63,679 bases of DNA from a virus. Lineage: Duplodnaviria > Caudoviricetes. The stretch covers positions 1 through 63,679 of IMG/VR virus record IMGVR_UViG_3300030102_005966. One strand, 5' to 3'. The translations under genes were made by a program, and so were the position numbers. The notes below the pieces were generated by a model that made no database searches, was not told the DNA's origin, and saw only the letters and a list, made by a program, of their open reading frames with translations. The first letter of the stretch is position 1. The number at the start of each line of letters is the position of its first letter. Of this stretch, positions 1 through 8,568 are shown in pieces.

Positions 1-730
1 TGCCCTTGATGGAGCCACCTGCTCCGTTAGGGGAAACTTGTAATACGGGTTTTGCACTGCCTCTATAAGAGTCAAGTTCGGCGTCTAAAAGCTTCTGAGC
101 GATAGACCAGTGGTATTCTGCTCGCTGCACATCAGCGTTGTCTTCAGCTACCTTGCCCAGCAGTGCATGTTTCAGTATGGATTTGTCATGAGGGACAAAA
201 ACATTATCGCTGGTGCTGTCAACATGGACATACTTGCGCTTCAGTAGAAGCGTTGCCTTGGAGTTAGAGTCTACCGGAGATACTCTGTATTGCCTACGTG
301 GAGTGCTTAGCAGAGCATCGGGATTATCGGCATACGGGTCTTTCGTAGCAGAGAAACCGTCATCAATAAAGCCCCTCATATGGGACTTATATGTAGCAGA
401 TGCTGTCGTAGCAGGCTCCCCATACCTACGGTAATCATGCCACATGCTATAGATGGGGGCGGGATCATCTTCCAAAATGGCTGATATGACGGAATCATAT
501 CCCACACCGGAAGAGGAGTGGTCTTCCGGTAGAAGCCAAACCCCCTTGCTCACATCCTGCTCCGCGAGGACAACGAGCATATCACGCCAAAAACCCATGT
601 GGTAGAGGCGTGGCATCACCTCATTCAGGGCTATAAAAAATTCAGCATCAGCCGAGGAACCCGCTGGAACGTAGGGGTCTATATACTTGGCGTTAGTAGT
701 TTTTAACGCTGATACTAATGCAGTTGGCAT
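1..730 (-). CDS. Putative head-tail adaptor/tail tubular protein, allele A (runs off the window start)
   Basis: Manual translation from ATG 730: MPTALVSALK...ALNEVMPRLYHMGFWRDML...SMWHDYRRYGEP...AEYHW...KPVLQVSPNGAGGSIKG. Clear homologue of the ORF at 62880..63608. Missing from the ORF track because the stop is cut off. Function inferred from position. Confidence 0.6.
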   Translation of the reverse strand, partial: MPTALVSALKTTNAKYIDPYVPAGSSADAEFFIALNEVMPRLYHMGFWRDMLVVLAEQDVSKGVWLLPEDHSSSGVGYDSVISAILEDDPAPIYSMWHDYRRYGEPATTASATYKSHMRGFIDDGFSATKDPYADNPDALLSTPRRQYRVSPVDSNSKATLLLKRKYVHVDSTSDNVFVPHDKSILKHALLGKVAEDNADVQRAEYHWSIAQKLLDAELDSYRGSAKPVLQVSPNGAGGSIKG

Positions 731-739
731 GACTCGTTA

Positions 740-767
740 AATATAGGGGAAATGGTGGTTATTTCAA
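740..767 (-). promoter_or_regulatory. Sigma70-like promoter, near-leaderless
   Basis: Minus strand TTGAAA-N16-TATATT, ending 9 nt before the ATG at 730; repeated at the window end. Confidence 0.45.
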
Positions 768-775
768 GGGGTGGG

Positions 776-1936
776 TTACCCGTCAAGTTCACCCTCTATA
801 ATATTCTTATTGGGATTAATAATTATCTTTTTATCTAAAGGAATACCGCCAGCGTCTAAAAACGGTTCTTCTGTTGTTACTCTTTTATTGGCGGTAACGA
901 TAAAAGATAGATCGTAAGGCGTCGTAGTTGGGGTATCATCCGGAGCGGGGGATGAAGCCCCTATTACAATAGTAGGAGCCCAGTAAACATGGTCAAACAC
1001 CTGCTGACCTATAGGTGGTTTTCCTTCGTTTACGAGTATCTCCTTCCCGCCTAAACCACCCGGACCTCCTCCTCCCTCTAAGGGTCTTCCAGCGACCTCG
1101 GGAGGTGGACCTGTCTCTTGGGGGTCGCGGCTCTCACCGATAACTACACTGTAGTTACCTAAATCATCAGAACCCTCATCAGCTGTTTCTCCTGCTCCTA
1201 TTTCCTCGTCGGTCTTTCCTTTGATACGCATTAACTTCGTAACATCTTGACCGTCTTCAACGTCTTCGTGCCGAGACAACTGCCCTATTTGGGAGTCATC
1301 ACTAGGCTCTTCGGTATTAGGAATTAGGTTTAATCTACAACTTGTTACACCTATAGCTTTATCTCCTGAATCTCCGGGGTCGGCGTTGCATGTCCACTCT
1401 AGCGACAGAGTGCCAAAAGCACCTCCGTCACCGGGTTCAGATTCAGAAAATTCTACGTAACGTAATACGTGCACACTCCCGGTATCCGGCTCCTCTTGTT
1501 CAAAATCAGAAGGAACCGTGCGTATAATTCCTTCTATTGGGTCTTGGCTTTCCACCCCAAACTGCTCCCCACTGGCTATCCTAATAACGGAAACAGTGCT
1601 CCATAGCTCTCCGTAATAAACACGAAGAGTCAACCGTGAGCCCACATCAGAGGGTGGGAGGGGGTTTCCGTTTGCATCTTTAGTAACTTGTTTGGTATAC
1701 CGCTCCATTTTAAATGGATGCACACCAACACCTACAGAGTCTACATCTGTTGGGGGGTGGACATGCCCCGTGGGGTGATCTCCATATTCATTTGAAAAAG
1801 ACGTAGAATCATATGAGGGAAATCTACGTCCCCTGACATTAGGAGTCGTTAGCTCATAATCATCCCGCCCAGCCCCAAACTCACCCTTGCCCTCAGCCCC
1901 ATGGTTAGGAAAATCATTTATAGGTGAGTCCGCCAT
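776..1936 (-). CDS. Virion structural/tail-associated protein (acidic, Gly/Pro-rich)
   Basis: 386-aa ORF directly after the 571-aa gene in the structural operon. Confidence 0.5.
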   Translation of the reverse strand: MADSPINDFPNHGAEGKGEFGAGRDDYELTTPNVRGRRFPSYDSTSFSNEYGDHPTGHVHPPTDVDSVGVGVHPFKMERYTKQVTKDANGNPLPPSDVGSRLTLRVYYGELWSTVSVIRIASGEQFGVESQDPIEGIIRTVPSDFEQEEPDTGSVHVLRYVEFSESEPGDGGAFGTLSLEWTCNADPGDSGDKAIGVTSCRLNLIPNTEEPSDDSQIGQLSRHEDVEDGQDVTKLMRIKGKTDEEIGAGETADEGSDDLGNYSVVIGESRDPQETGPPPEVAGRPLEGGGGPGGLGGKEILVNEGKPPIGQQVFDHVYWAPTIVIGASSPAPDDTPTTTPYDLSFIVTANKRVTTEEPFLDAGGIPLDKKIIINPNKNIIEGELDG

Positions 1937-1938
1937 TG

Positions 1939-3654
1939 TTAGGTTGTTTTTACATCCTTAAGGGACATATTTTTACTTGTAATAGGAGCGTAGGCTTTAA
2001 CACGTTCTCTTAACCACCCTCCCCGGTAAGGCTTTTGCGTATCTGAAACTATTAAGCTTTCAGGCCAATCTGTGTAATTGGTTTCAGCATAGATAAAATT
2101 AGCTCCTGCCAGTTCCCAAACTGGGTGATCTGTCCCAGTCGTTATAGTTAAATTAATTTCCGTGTGTAGCGTTGGGGGGACATGCAATGTCTCCAAAGGA
2201 GATACAAAACTTACAGGGAGGGGCTGCATAGGAACAACCTTTGTAAGATAATTGTTACCGCCGTCCGCTCCATCTTTCCCCGTAGGAGCCATTCTAAACT
2301 TTTTCTTACGCCAAAACAAAGTAACCTCGACCTTAGTGGGTCCGCTATACGCCTGACGCGCATATTCGGCAAACACAACCGTGTCACCCCCTCCATTTTT
2401 ACGGGTCCATGTATAACCACCAATACCCCCTAGAGCACCATCTAGGTCTCCGTTTGGTTCGCCGGTTCCTGTTAACACCGCAGGCCACGAAAAATTTTGG
2501 TAAGTTGTATATTTAGATACTTGGTTATTGGTATCTTCTTCCTTACTGGGCTTAATTACCTGACGCTCTACAACAGCATACCAGTTATCAGATAGCTGAC
2601 GCCCTTCACGCATAATACCATAGGCGTCTACACCCCAAAAATTGTAGCTTTTTGTGCTGCCTCCGACACCATCATTATAATATTCATCCGCTTGGTCACT
2701 TGAAGATGTTACACTGTATACTGTATCGGGGTCTGCAAATACATGGTGGGCGGCTGTATCAAAATCCCCACCGAAATCTGATCCATCCACGATAACATTT
2801 GTGTCTGTGACCCCCTCATTGTTTGACGTATCAGAAAAATTTGTCGTAGCGTAGACGGGCTCATTTTTATGATAAAGAGTTTCTTTTGAAGGCAAGGCTC
2901 CAAAGTTAGATGTAACGTCTGCCTCTGAAAAAGCTGTAGAAGATGGATCGTTATAGGGAAAAGAATCGTCCACATCCACACGACGAATGGGAACTTTCTT
3001 AACGTAAACTCTCTGCTCTACAACAAACAAGGTGTCCAAAAAGTCATCGCCGGAACGAACCTGTTTGCGTTCAAATAATATATACTCTTTATCAAACAGA
3101 ATCGAACCTGAATTGTGTCCGCCTGCGGATAGTTGAACACCAGTAAAGGGAGTAATCTCCGGGTCACCGGAAGGCATGTATGTATTGAATCCTTTCTGCT
3201 CCCCCCGTTTTAAGGCATTCTCAGAATCAGTAGCTACGTTAAATCCTACATTAGGGAAGTTTGTATCAAAGAAGTTGATTCCAGCTATGTTAGACCCTGC
3301 GGATGACGGAGAGTCACGAGGTATGACATACGTCCTAACCACGGTAGTATACCGTGGGCTTTCAACTCCCGCTTCTTGGAACTCCCAATTATAGTCGTCT
3401 TGATCAGCCCGGTCTTTTACATAATACCAAAGCTGAAACTGTCCCTGCTCATCGTCGTCGCTCTTTATAAGAGCTAACTTAAAATTAGGGAAGCGGTCCG
3501 TGTTTGGGTGGGCAGTCCCGAAAGGAGTATCATCAGCGGTAGCCGCCGAACCAACACTCTTACTACAATCAACCCGTTCAACGACTACAAGGTCGTTGAT
3601 CTTAGGAGTCGCAAAATCAATAACCCGTTGCCTTCTGTTAGACGAAATAGGCAT
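1939..3654 (-). CDS. Putative tail/virion structural protein
   Basis: 571 aa, beta-rich composition, downstream of the capsid gene in the structural operon. Confidence 0.5.
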   Translation of the reverse strand: MPISSNRRQRVIDFATPKINDLVVVERVDCSKSVGSAATADDTPFGTAHPNTDRFPNFKLALIKSDDDEQGQFQLWYYVKDRADQDDYNWEFQEAGVESPRYTTVVRTYVIPRDSPSSAGSNIAGINFFDTNFPNVGFNVATDSENALKRGEQKGFNTYMPSGDPEITPFTGVQLSAGGHNSGSILFDKEYILFERKQVRSGDDFLDTLFVVEQRVYVKKVPIRRVDVDDSFPYNDPSSTAFSEADVTSNFGALPSKETLYHKNEPVYATTNFSDTSNNEGVTDTNVIVDGSDFGGDFDTAAHHVFADPDTVYSVTSSSDQADEYYNDGVGGSTKSYNFWGVDAYGIMREGRQLSDNWYAVVERQVIKPSKEEDTNNQVSKYTTYQNFSWPAVLTGTGEPNGDLDGALGGIGGYTWTRKNGGGDTVVFAEYARQAYSGPTKVEVTLFWRKKKFRMAPTGKDGADGGNNYLTKVVPMQPLPVSFVSPLETLHVPPTLHTEINLTITTGTDHPVWELAGANFIYAETNYTDWPESLIVSDTQKPYRGGWLRERVKAYAPITSKNMSLKDVKTT

Positions 3655-3664
3655 GGGTTACGGA

Positions 3665-4297
3665 TTAAGTTTTGCCTATAACGGTTACCGTTATTTTGTT
3701 TCCAACAGCACCAGCGATTGAAAACTTACATTGATCAGTTATATCTGAACCACCTATTGGTGCTTGGGGAACCATTAGGACGGATCGTGATTTAGCGTCC
3801 CCACCTTTAAGTTTAAAATCACCTATAAAATCAGCGGAGTAACCACCACCATACCCACTTGCATCCGCTTGAAAAGTAACATCAGCAGTGTTTGTGGCAG
3901 GGGTTTCAAAAAGGACAGCTACAAGGGTAGCCATAGTTTGAGTGCCTCCCGCTCTATTGTCATTAACGGCAACCCCCTCAGGGTCTTGTTGGTTCTTTGC
4001 AGCGTCACTATCCTCTTGATCAGTGGGGTTATCGCGCATTGTAAATGATACCTTTGTGGACCCTGCGCTTGTTACGACGGTTGATCCAGTTGACCACGTT
4101 AGTGCAAACTCATCAGTTCCCGAACTCCTACCCGTAGCCTCAAAAGAATACGCAATATCAGCTGTAGCTGACGTTATAGCATGGGATACAAGGCTACCTA
4201 CCTTGGGGTTAGATATAACATTCGTCCTATCCGCAGATGACGACATTGTCGCCTGCAGTTGGGACTTACAGATTATTCCTGAAAGTGTTTGTGCCAT
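3665..4297 (-). CDS. Putative virion structural protein
   Basis: 210 aa, Ser/Thr/Ala/Gly-rich, structural operon. Confidence 0.5.
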   Translation of the reverse strand: MAQTLSGIICKSQLQATMSSSADRTNVISNPKVGSLVSHAITSATADIAYSFEATGRSSGTDEFALTWSTGSTVVTSAGSTKVSFTMRDNPTDQEDSDAAKNQQDPEGVAVNDNRAGGTQTMATLVAVLFETPATNTADVTFQADASGYGGGYSADFIGDFKLKGGDAKSRSVLMVPQAPIGGSDITDQCKFSIAGAVGNKITVTVIGKT

Positions 4298-4303
4298 AAT
4301 ATA

Positions 4304-4798
4304 TTACATGTAAGAACCTACGTCAGGCTCGGGAATCTCTACGTCGGGGGGAACCATGTTCTGCTGCCCTCTGTCGAGGTCAACATTGCGGAACAACACA
4401 AGTGCTGCTTCAGTTAAACTAACTTCGCCACTCATCAAACCTTGAACCACTTGTGGGTTCTCAGCAAGCACTCCCTCAATCTGTGACATCTGCTCCATAG
4501 AAACAGGTGAAGCAGGATCGAAGTCTGCACCGTGGATAGCACGGTAGAGGTCGAACATAACATTAGCTTCCGGAAGGTTAGCGGGAGGTTCTCCCCCACC
4601 TTCAGGAGCTGGCTCAGCCATAGGCTCAGGGGCGGGCTCAGCCATAGGCTCGTCCGCAGCTGCGGGCAGTGCCCCAATAATTACATTAAGAGCTGCGTCA
4701 TTAGACTCAACATCTTGACCTGTTGCAGCAGCTTCTGCCTCAGCAGCAGCCATTCCTTCCTTATCGTAATCAAATTTCTTTTTTCCAACTGTAGGCAT
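4304..4798 (-). CDS. Hypothetical acidic protein with MAEPAPE repeat
   Basis: 164-aa ORF tightly packed with its neighbours. Confidence 0.6.
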   Translation of the reverse strand: MPTVGKKKFDYDKEGMAAAEAEAAATGQDVESNDAALNVIIGALPAAADEPMAEPAPEPMAEPAPEGGGEPPANLPEANVMFDLYRAIHGADFDPASPVSMEQMSQIEGVLAENPQVVQGLMSGEVSLTEAALVLFRNVDLDRGQQNMVPPDVEIPEPDVGSYM

Positions 4799-4819
4799 AA
4801 TCGTTTTAGGTATAAAAGA

Positions 4820-4863
4820 AGGAACCCCGATCCCCCCTCATTGTCAAGCGGATCGGGGTTCCT
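4820..4863 (-). terminator. Stem-loop, probable terminator
   Basis: ggaaccccgatcc...ggatcggggttcc, followed by TTCTTTT on the minus strand. Confidence 0.55.
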
Positions 4864-4883
4864 GTGAATTATGGAGCTAAGAA

Positions 4884-5030
4884 TTAGGCAAGCTCAGTTT
4901 TAAGTTCTGAAAGTTTCATAGCTTTAATTTTCTGCTCTGAAACATCGTAAACTAAAACGAGATCGGTGGCTAAATCAGCGTCAGTGGCGGTGATTGTCTC
5001 AAGGATAGGCGTGTCGTCTAAAGTCGGCAT
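4884..5030 (-). CDS. Small protein after the major capsid gene (possible capsid accessory protein), 48 aa
   Basis: Manual translation MPTLDDTPILETITATDADLATDLVLVYDVSEQKIKAMKLSELKTELA*; below the ORF-track length cutoff. Confidence 0.6.
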   Translation of the reverse strand: MPTLDDTPILETITATDADLATDLVLVYDVSEQKIKAMKLSELKTELA

Positions 5031-5057
5031 AATTTTTTACTTGTTGAATTAAATTAT

Positions 5058-5087
5058 GCGGGGTTCCCTTTTTACAGGGAACCCCGC
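5058..5087 (-). terminator. GC-rich stem-loop after the capsid gene
   Basis: gcggggttccct/agggaaccccgc inverted repeat just after the capsid stop codon. Confidence 0.55.
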
Positions 5088-5093
5088 TTTAGA

Positions 5094-6428
5094 TTAAGCA
5101 GCAGGTGTCGAGCTAGTGCGCTTGAAGATAATGACGTAACCGAAGTTAGTCTTAATGGGCTTCGAGGCACTCGCCATAATACCACGGAAGAAACCAATGG
5201 TTCCGTCAGGGTTGTATGCGGCGTCAGGGATGTTAGTCCACCTGAAGTCACCCTTATAATCAACGGGATCGAAGGTAAGACCGTTGCCTCCACTAATAGG
5301 AGCAGGAATCAAAGACTCCATCACGTCATCAACGAGGACGTAAGCAGCCTCATATTTAGCACTCTCGTATAAGGGATTCGGGATGATAGTGTTACCGGAC
5401 ACTACGAAAGGATCAACTCTGTCAAGCACGTTGGATGAGGCTGCTCCATCTGTGTAACGAGTAGTCAGGTCATCTACCAAGTGATAGAAGCCACGGAAGC
5501 TCTTCTCAACTCCAAGAGGAGCGATAAGCTCACCAACCTTAGCATTGTTGTAACGCACATCGTCACGGAAGCCAGCTTCAGTCTGAAGCTGATAAGATGC
5601 TTCAGAAGACATGACTACAGAGAAGACCGGACGGCCATTCTCACGACCATAGGCTTTAGCACCTGCTCCAGCACGAATAAGCTGGTAGTAGATTTTGTCC
5701 ATGATCGCGTTGGAGATGTTAGCAGTAAGGTCTGCCTGACCATCGTTGCCCTCGTCAATGTCGGTTTGACCTGCACCGCCGATATCTTGCGTGGTGCTGA
5801 CTTTAGTAGAGTCAGTGCTACCACCTACGGCAAATGAATTCAAGGACTCTACGTTAGTAATGAACGTGCTGGAAGCAGATTTACAAAGAACAGTGTTGTC
5901 AGCAAGACGGTCATACTCGTCACGATAACGCTCTTCCCACGTATTGCGGACGGACTCTTTCATCAAGTCCATGATAGCGCGAAGCTGGTCAGTGCGGTGT
6001 GCGGCATAACGCAGGTCTTCAACATTAATTCTCGGAGATTCGACAACAGCTTTTTTGAGGCTGTAAGGCTTTAGCGACTTGGTGAAGTCGATAGATGCTT
6101 TCTTCTCAAGATTGATTGCGTCTGAAGCGGTAGTCTGCCCGTCAGTGAAACCCGCGTTACTACTAGCACTTCCAGTTTGAACTGCCCGCCAGTCAACACC
6201 AACAGTGCCACTAGCAAGTGATCCACCATCTTTAATAGGCAGAGCACGGTCGTAGATAAGAGTGTTAAGTTGATATCCCATTCCCTCAGGGAACGTGGAT
6301 TGTTTAACAAGGTCGATCCACGGAGAAGTGTGGAGAGTCGCCTTGTGAATGTCATCGCCAATACGATTTGCTTCCTGAGTCAGGATGTTGTTAACCGCAG
6401 CGGCGTCATTTGCAAATGATCCAGCCAT
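5094..6428 (-). CDS. Major capsid protein (probable HK97 fold)
   Basis: 444 aa, downstream of portal and scaffold, with its own promoter and a 3' stem-loop; size and sequence character fit an MCP. Confidence 0.75.
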   Translation of the reverse strand: MAGSFANDAAAVNNILTQEANRIGDDIHKATLHTSPWIDLVKQSTFPEGMGYQLNTLIYDRALPIKDGGSLASGTVGVDWRAVQTGSASSNAGFTDGQTTASDAINLEKKASIDFTKSLKPYSLKKAVVESPRINVEDLRYAAHRTDQLRAIMDLMKESVRNTWEERYRDEYDRLADNTVLCKSASSTFITNVESLNSFAVGGSTDSTKVSTTQDIGGAGQTDIDEGNDGQADLTANISNAIMDKIYYQLIRAGAGAKAYGRENGRPVFSVVMSSEASYQLQTEAGFRDDVRYNNAKVGELIAPLGVEKSFRGFYHLVDDLTTRYTDGAASSNVLDRVDPFVVSGNTIIPNPLYESAKYEAAYVLVDDVMESLIPAPISGGNGLTFDPVDYKGDFRWTNIPDAAYNPDGTIGFFRGIMASASKPIKTNFGYVIIFKRTSSTPAA

Positions 6429-6515
6429 TGTAATATAAAGTTAAAATGAGTTGTTAGGTTATAAGTGAAGATAGACCTCTCCCCTTTCGGTCGGGAAAAC
6501 GATCTACTTTAAGTG

Positions 6516-6625
6516 TCTTATGAACCCTGTTTCCTAGAACTAATTTAGGCTAGAGCAACCGGACAGAGATTCGTGGTGTATCATAAGAGACCTAGAACTA
6601 TTCATGGCTAGAGCAACCTAGTCTG
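6516..6625 (-). promoter_or_regulatory. Tandem structured motif in the capsid 5' leader
   Basis: Two copies of GGTTGCTCTAGCC-N6-AGTTCTAGG on the minus strand (6533-6560 and 6591-6618), with different closing stems. Confidence 0.55.
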
Positions 6626-6639
6626 TTTACGATACAAAG

Positions 6640-6668
6640 AAGATAAGGGTAAAAAGACAGGGGGTCAA
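6640..6668 (-). promoter_or_regulatory. Sigma70-like promoter of the capsid gene
   Basis: TTGACC-N17-TATCTT on the minus strand. Confidence 0.6.
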
Positions 6669-6683
6669 CTGCCTATTTTGTAT

Positions 6684-7010
6684 CTAATCCTTATTGGGGG
6701 TATGACCGTTGTAGAGCTTCTCCATTATCTTCTCTACATCTAATTCAAGCATGGATATCTTTAAATCCTGACGAACATCAGAGGGCAGAGAACCACTCCC
6801 CCACTTGCCAGCAGGCCACAGTTCGGTGAACTCTGAGTTCTTAGCCACGTCCTTAGCGATCATCTTGATTTGGAAATCGTTGTGCTGGACTTCCGATTGT
6901 AGCTTGGATGCCCACCAAACAATACCACCTGCTTGGATAGCCAGCCCTACGAGTAGAGAAACAATAAATTTAGGGTCGATAGGACTGCTAGATTCTTTGC
7001 AACGGCTCAT
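6684..7010 (-). CDS. Single-TM membrane protein with coiled coil
   Basis: Hydrophobic stretch FIVSLLVGLAIQAGGIVWWA followed by a soluble domain. Confidence 0.55.
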   Translation of the reverse strand: MSRCKESSSPIDPKFIVSLLVGLAIQAGGIVWWASKLQSEVQHNDFQIKMIAKDVAKNSEFTELWPAGKWGSGSLPSDVRQDLKISMLELDVEKIMEKLYNGHTPNKD

Positions 7011-7282
7011 TAATTCAACTCCTTCTTTTTAATTTCCAAGCGATCCCACACCATCTTCTCAGCTAAGTGACTATCCTTCGTCCCTTCGGGCAAGTTAGTG
7101 TGTTCCTGCAACCACTCAAGAGCATTGTGTAGCCCCGTCTTATACAGGGAACAACGATGCTGTAAGTGCATCTTCTGCTCACGCAGGGACTCATAGTCTT
7201 CCCTGAGGGCTTTTGTTTTTATATGGGGATTGGACTTAATATAGTTATTATAGTCCTTATTGGAAATGTGATCAGAAGGCAT
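7010..7282 (-). CDS. Hypothetical protein
   Basis: 90 aa, stop overlaps the next start. Confidence 0.55.
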   Translation of the reverse strand: MPSDHISNKDYNNYIKSNPHIKTKALREDYESLREQKMHLQHRCSLYKTGLHNALEWLQEHTNLPEGTKDSHLAEKMVWDRLEIKKKELN

Positions 7283-7283
7283 C

Positions 7284-7490
7284 TTACTTCATTTGATCTT
7301 CGACAGCCTCAAGGAACGATTTAGCCGCATTAACAGCTTCTTTAAAAGACATAGTAGCCAAAACTTTTTTTGGTTTGTCGTGCCCATAACCAGCATCTTT
7401 CAACACAAGATGCTCCTCTACTGTGTTGGCTTTTACAGCGATCCCCTCCTTATACATGTCGTGGGGCTTAAAGGGCTTATCCTTTTTCAT
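7284..7490 (-). CDS. Hypothetical protein
   Basis: 68 aa, tightly packed in the operon. Confidence 0.55.
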   Translation of the reverse strand: MKKDKPFKPHDMYKEGIAVKANTVEEHLVLKDAGYGHDKPKKVLATMSFKEAVNAAKSFLEAVEDQMK

Positions 7491-7491
7491 A

Positions 7492-7554
7492 CTAGTAACC
7501 AGTTTTTGGTTTGGGCTTAGGCTTAGGCTTGGGCTTTTTAGATGTAGCTTTCAT
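7492..7554 (-). CDS. 20-aa Lys/Pro minigene (MKATSKKPKPKPKPKPKTGY)
   Basis: Fills the gap between neighbours exactly, with 1-nt spacing on each side. Confidence 0.4.
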   Translation of the reverse strand: MKATSKKPKPKPKPKPKTGY

Positions 7555-7555
7555 A

Positions 7556-7810
7556 TTATTTTCTACTGCGGTTGGTTGCTTTAAGGAAAGCAGCTTTTTC
7601 TGCCCCAGTGTAAGAAGCTCGTTGCTTGCCTTTGGCGGTTGCTTGTTTCTTTTTTCTGTTTCCCGCTGCTCTTTGAGCGGGCGTTAATGATTCCCGAGCG
7701 GCTTTGGGTAGGTAACGCTCCCCCGTTTCAGATGATTTCTTACCGGAAGAAGTCCCCCAATCCTCTTTTGTCCACTGCTTTAGGGACTTTTGGGGTTTCT
7801 TGTAAGCCAT
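7556..7810 (-). CDS. Small basic phage protein (resembles the C-terminal part of DUF5872)
   Basis: KKPQKSLKQWTKEDW...GERYLPKAA motif. Confidence 0.6.
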   Translation of the reverse strand: MAYKKPQKSLKQWTKEDWGTSSGKKSSETGERYLPKAARESLTPAQRAAGNRKKKQATAKGKQRASYTGAEKAAFLKATNRSRK

Positions 7811-7989
7811 TACTTATAACCTCCACCAGCCTTTTTATACTCACGAGCTAAAAACTGCGCCTTGCGAGCAGACCACTGCCCCGGTTTACCTCCTTTAGAC
7901 CCAGCCATAATACGCTTAAACAAACGCTTACGCATACCGGGCTTCGTGTAGTTACCGGCTTCGTTAACCCGTGACTTTTTACCCGGCAT
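7810..7989 (-). CDS. Small basic phage protein (resembles the N-terminal part of DUF5872), 59 aa
   Basis: Manual translation MPGKKSRVNEAGNYTKPGMRKRLFKRIMAGSKGGKPGQWSARKAQFLAREYKKAGGGYK*; stop/start overlaps on both sides. Confidence 0.65.
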   Translation of the reverse strand: MPGKKSRVNEAGNYTKPGMRKRLFKRIMAGSKGGKPGQWSARKAQFLAREYKKAGGGYK

Positions 7990-8213
7990 TACCTATAGCC
8001 CCCACTGATACGTATTCTCTTCCCCATCGTGGTTTCGTATTTAGCTTCAGCTTCTTTACGAGCTTCCTTAAGCATTTGGGCAGTTATGGTAGGGCGGCTA
8101 TCTTTTTTCTTTTTCACCAACTCCTTCATAGTCTTCCTCATCTTCTCAGGAGACTTAACTTTGTTCGCGGGGATGCGCTTCTTTACTTTGCGTATAATCT
8201 TTTTACCGGGCAT
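7989..8213 (-). CDS. Small basic protein
   Basis: 74 aa, Lys/Arg-rich, coupled to the next gene. Confidence 0.55.
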   Translation of the reverse strand: MPGKKIIRKVKKRIPANKVKSPEKMRKTMKELVKKKKDSRPTITAQMLKEARKEAEAKYETTMGKRIRISGGYR

Positions 8214-8225
8214 TGTTATTAGTGG

Positions 8226-8534
8226 TTACCATTTGACTTTGTCCGCCCAATAAGCGGCGGACATTTTGCCTCGTTTAATGTTCTTAGCATGGCGGGCTTT
8301 AAAGGACGCTCTTTTCTTACGCATCCTATCTGACTCACCTGCCTTCGGCTTCCCAGCAGTTTTAGCTCCTTGCTCTCCGAAGCGGATAATCTTTACCTTA
8401 TCCCCTTCTTTTGCCGCCACTACGTGGCTCTTCTTAGAGTGACCGGGAGTCCGCTTGGGTTTATTAAACCCCGCGAAAGTCTCGCCCCGAAACTGAATTC
8501 GCCCACTAGGTAACCGTTTAAATTTAGCAGCCAT
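8226..8534 (-). CDS. Small basic conserved phage protein
   Basis: FNKPKRTPGH...KIIRFGEQG...SFKARHAKNI...AAYWADKVKW motif, a pattern familiar from aquatic phages. Confidence 0.65.
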   Translation of the reverse strand: MAAKFKRLPSGRIQFRGETFAGFNKPKRTPGHSKKSHVVAAKEGDKVKIIRFGEQGAKTAGKPKAGESDRMRKKRASFKARHAKNIKRGKMSAAYWADKVKW

Positions 8535-8568
8535 TAGTAAGCATAACTTAACTTTTAACTGTTCTCAA

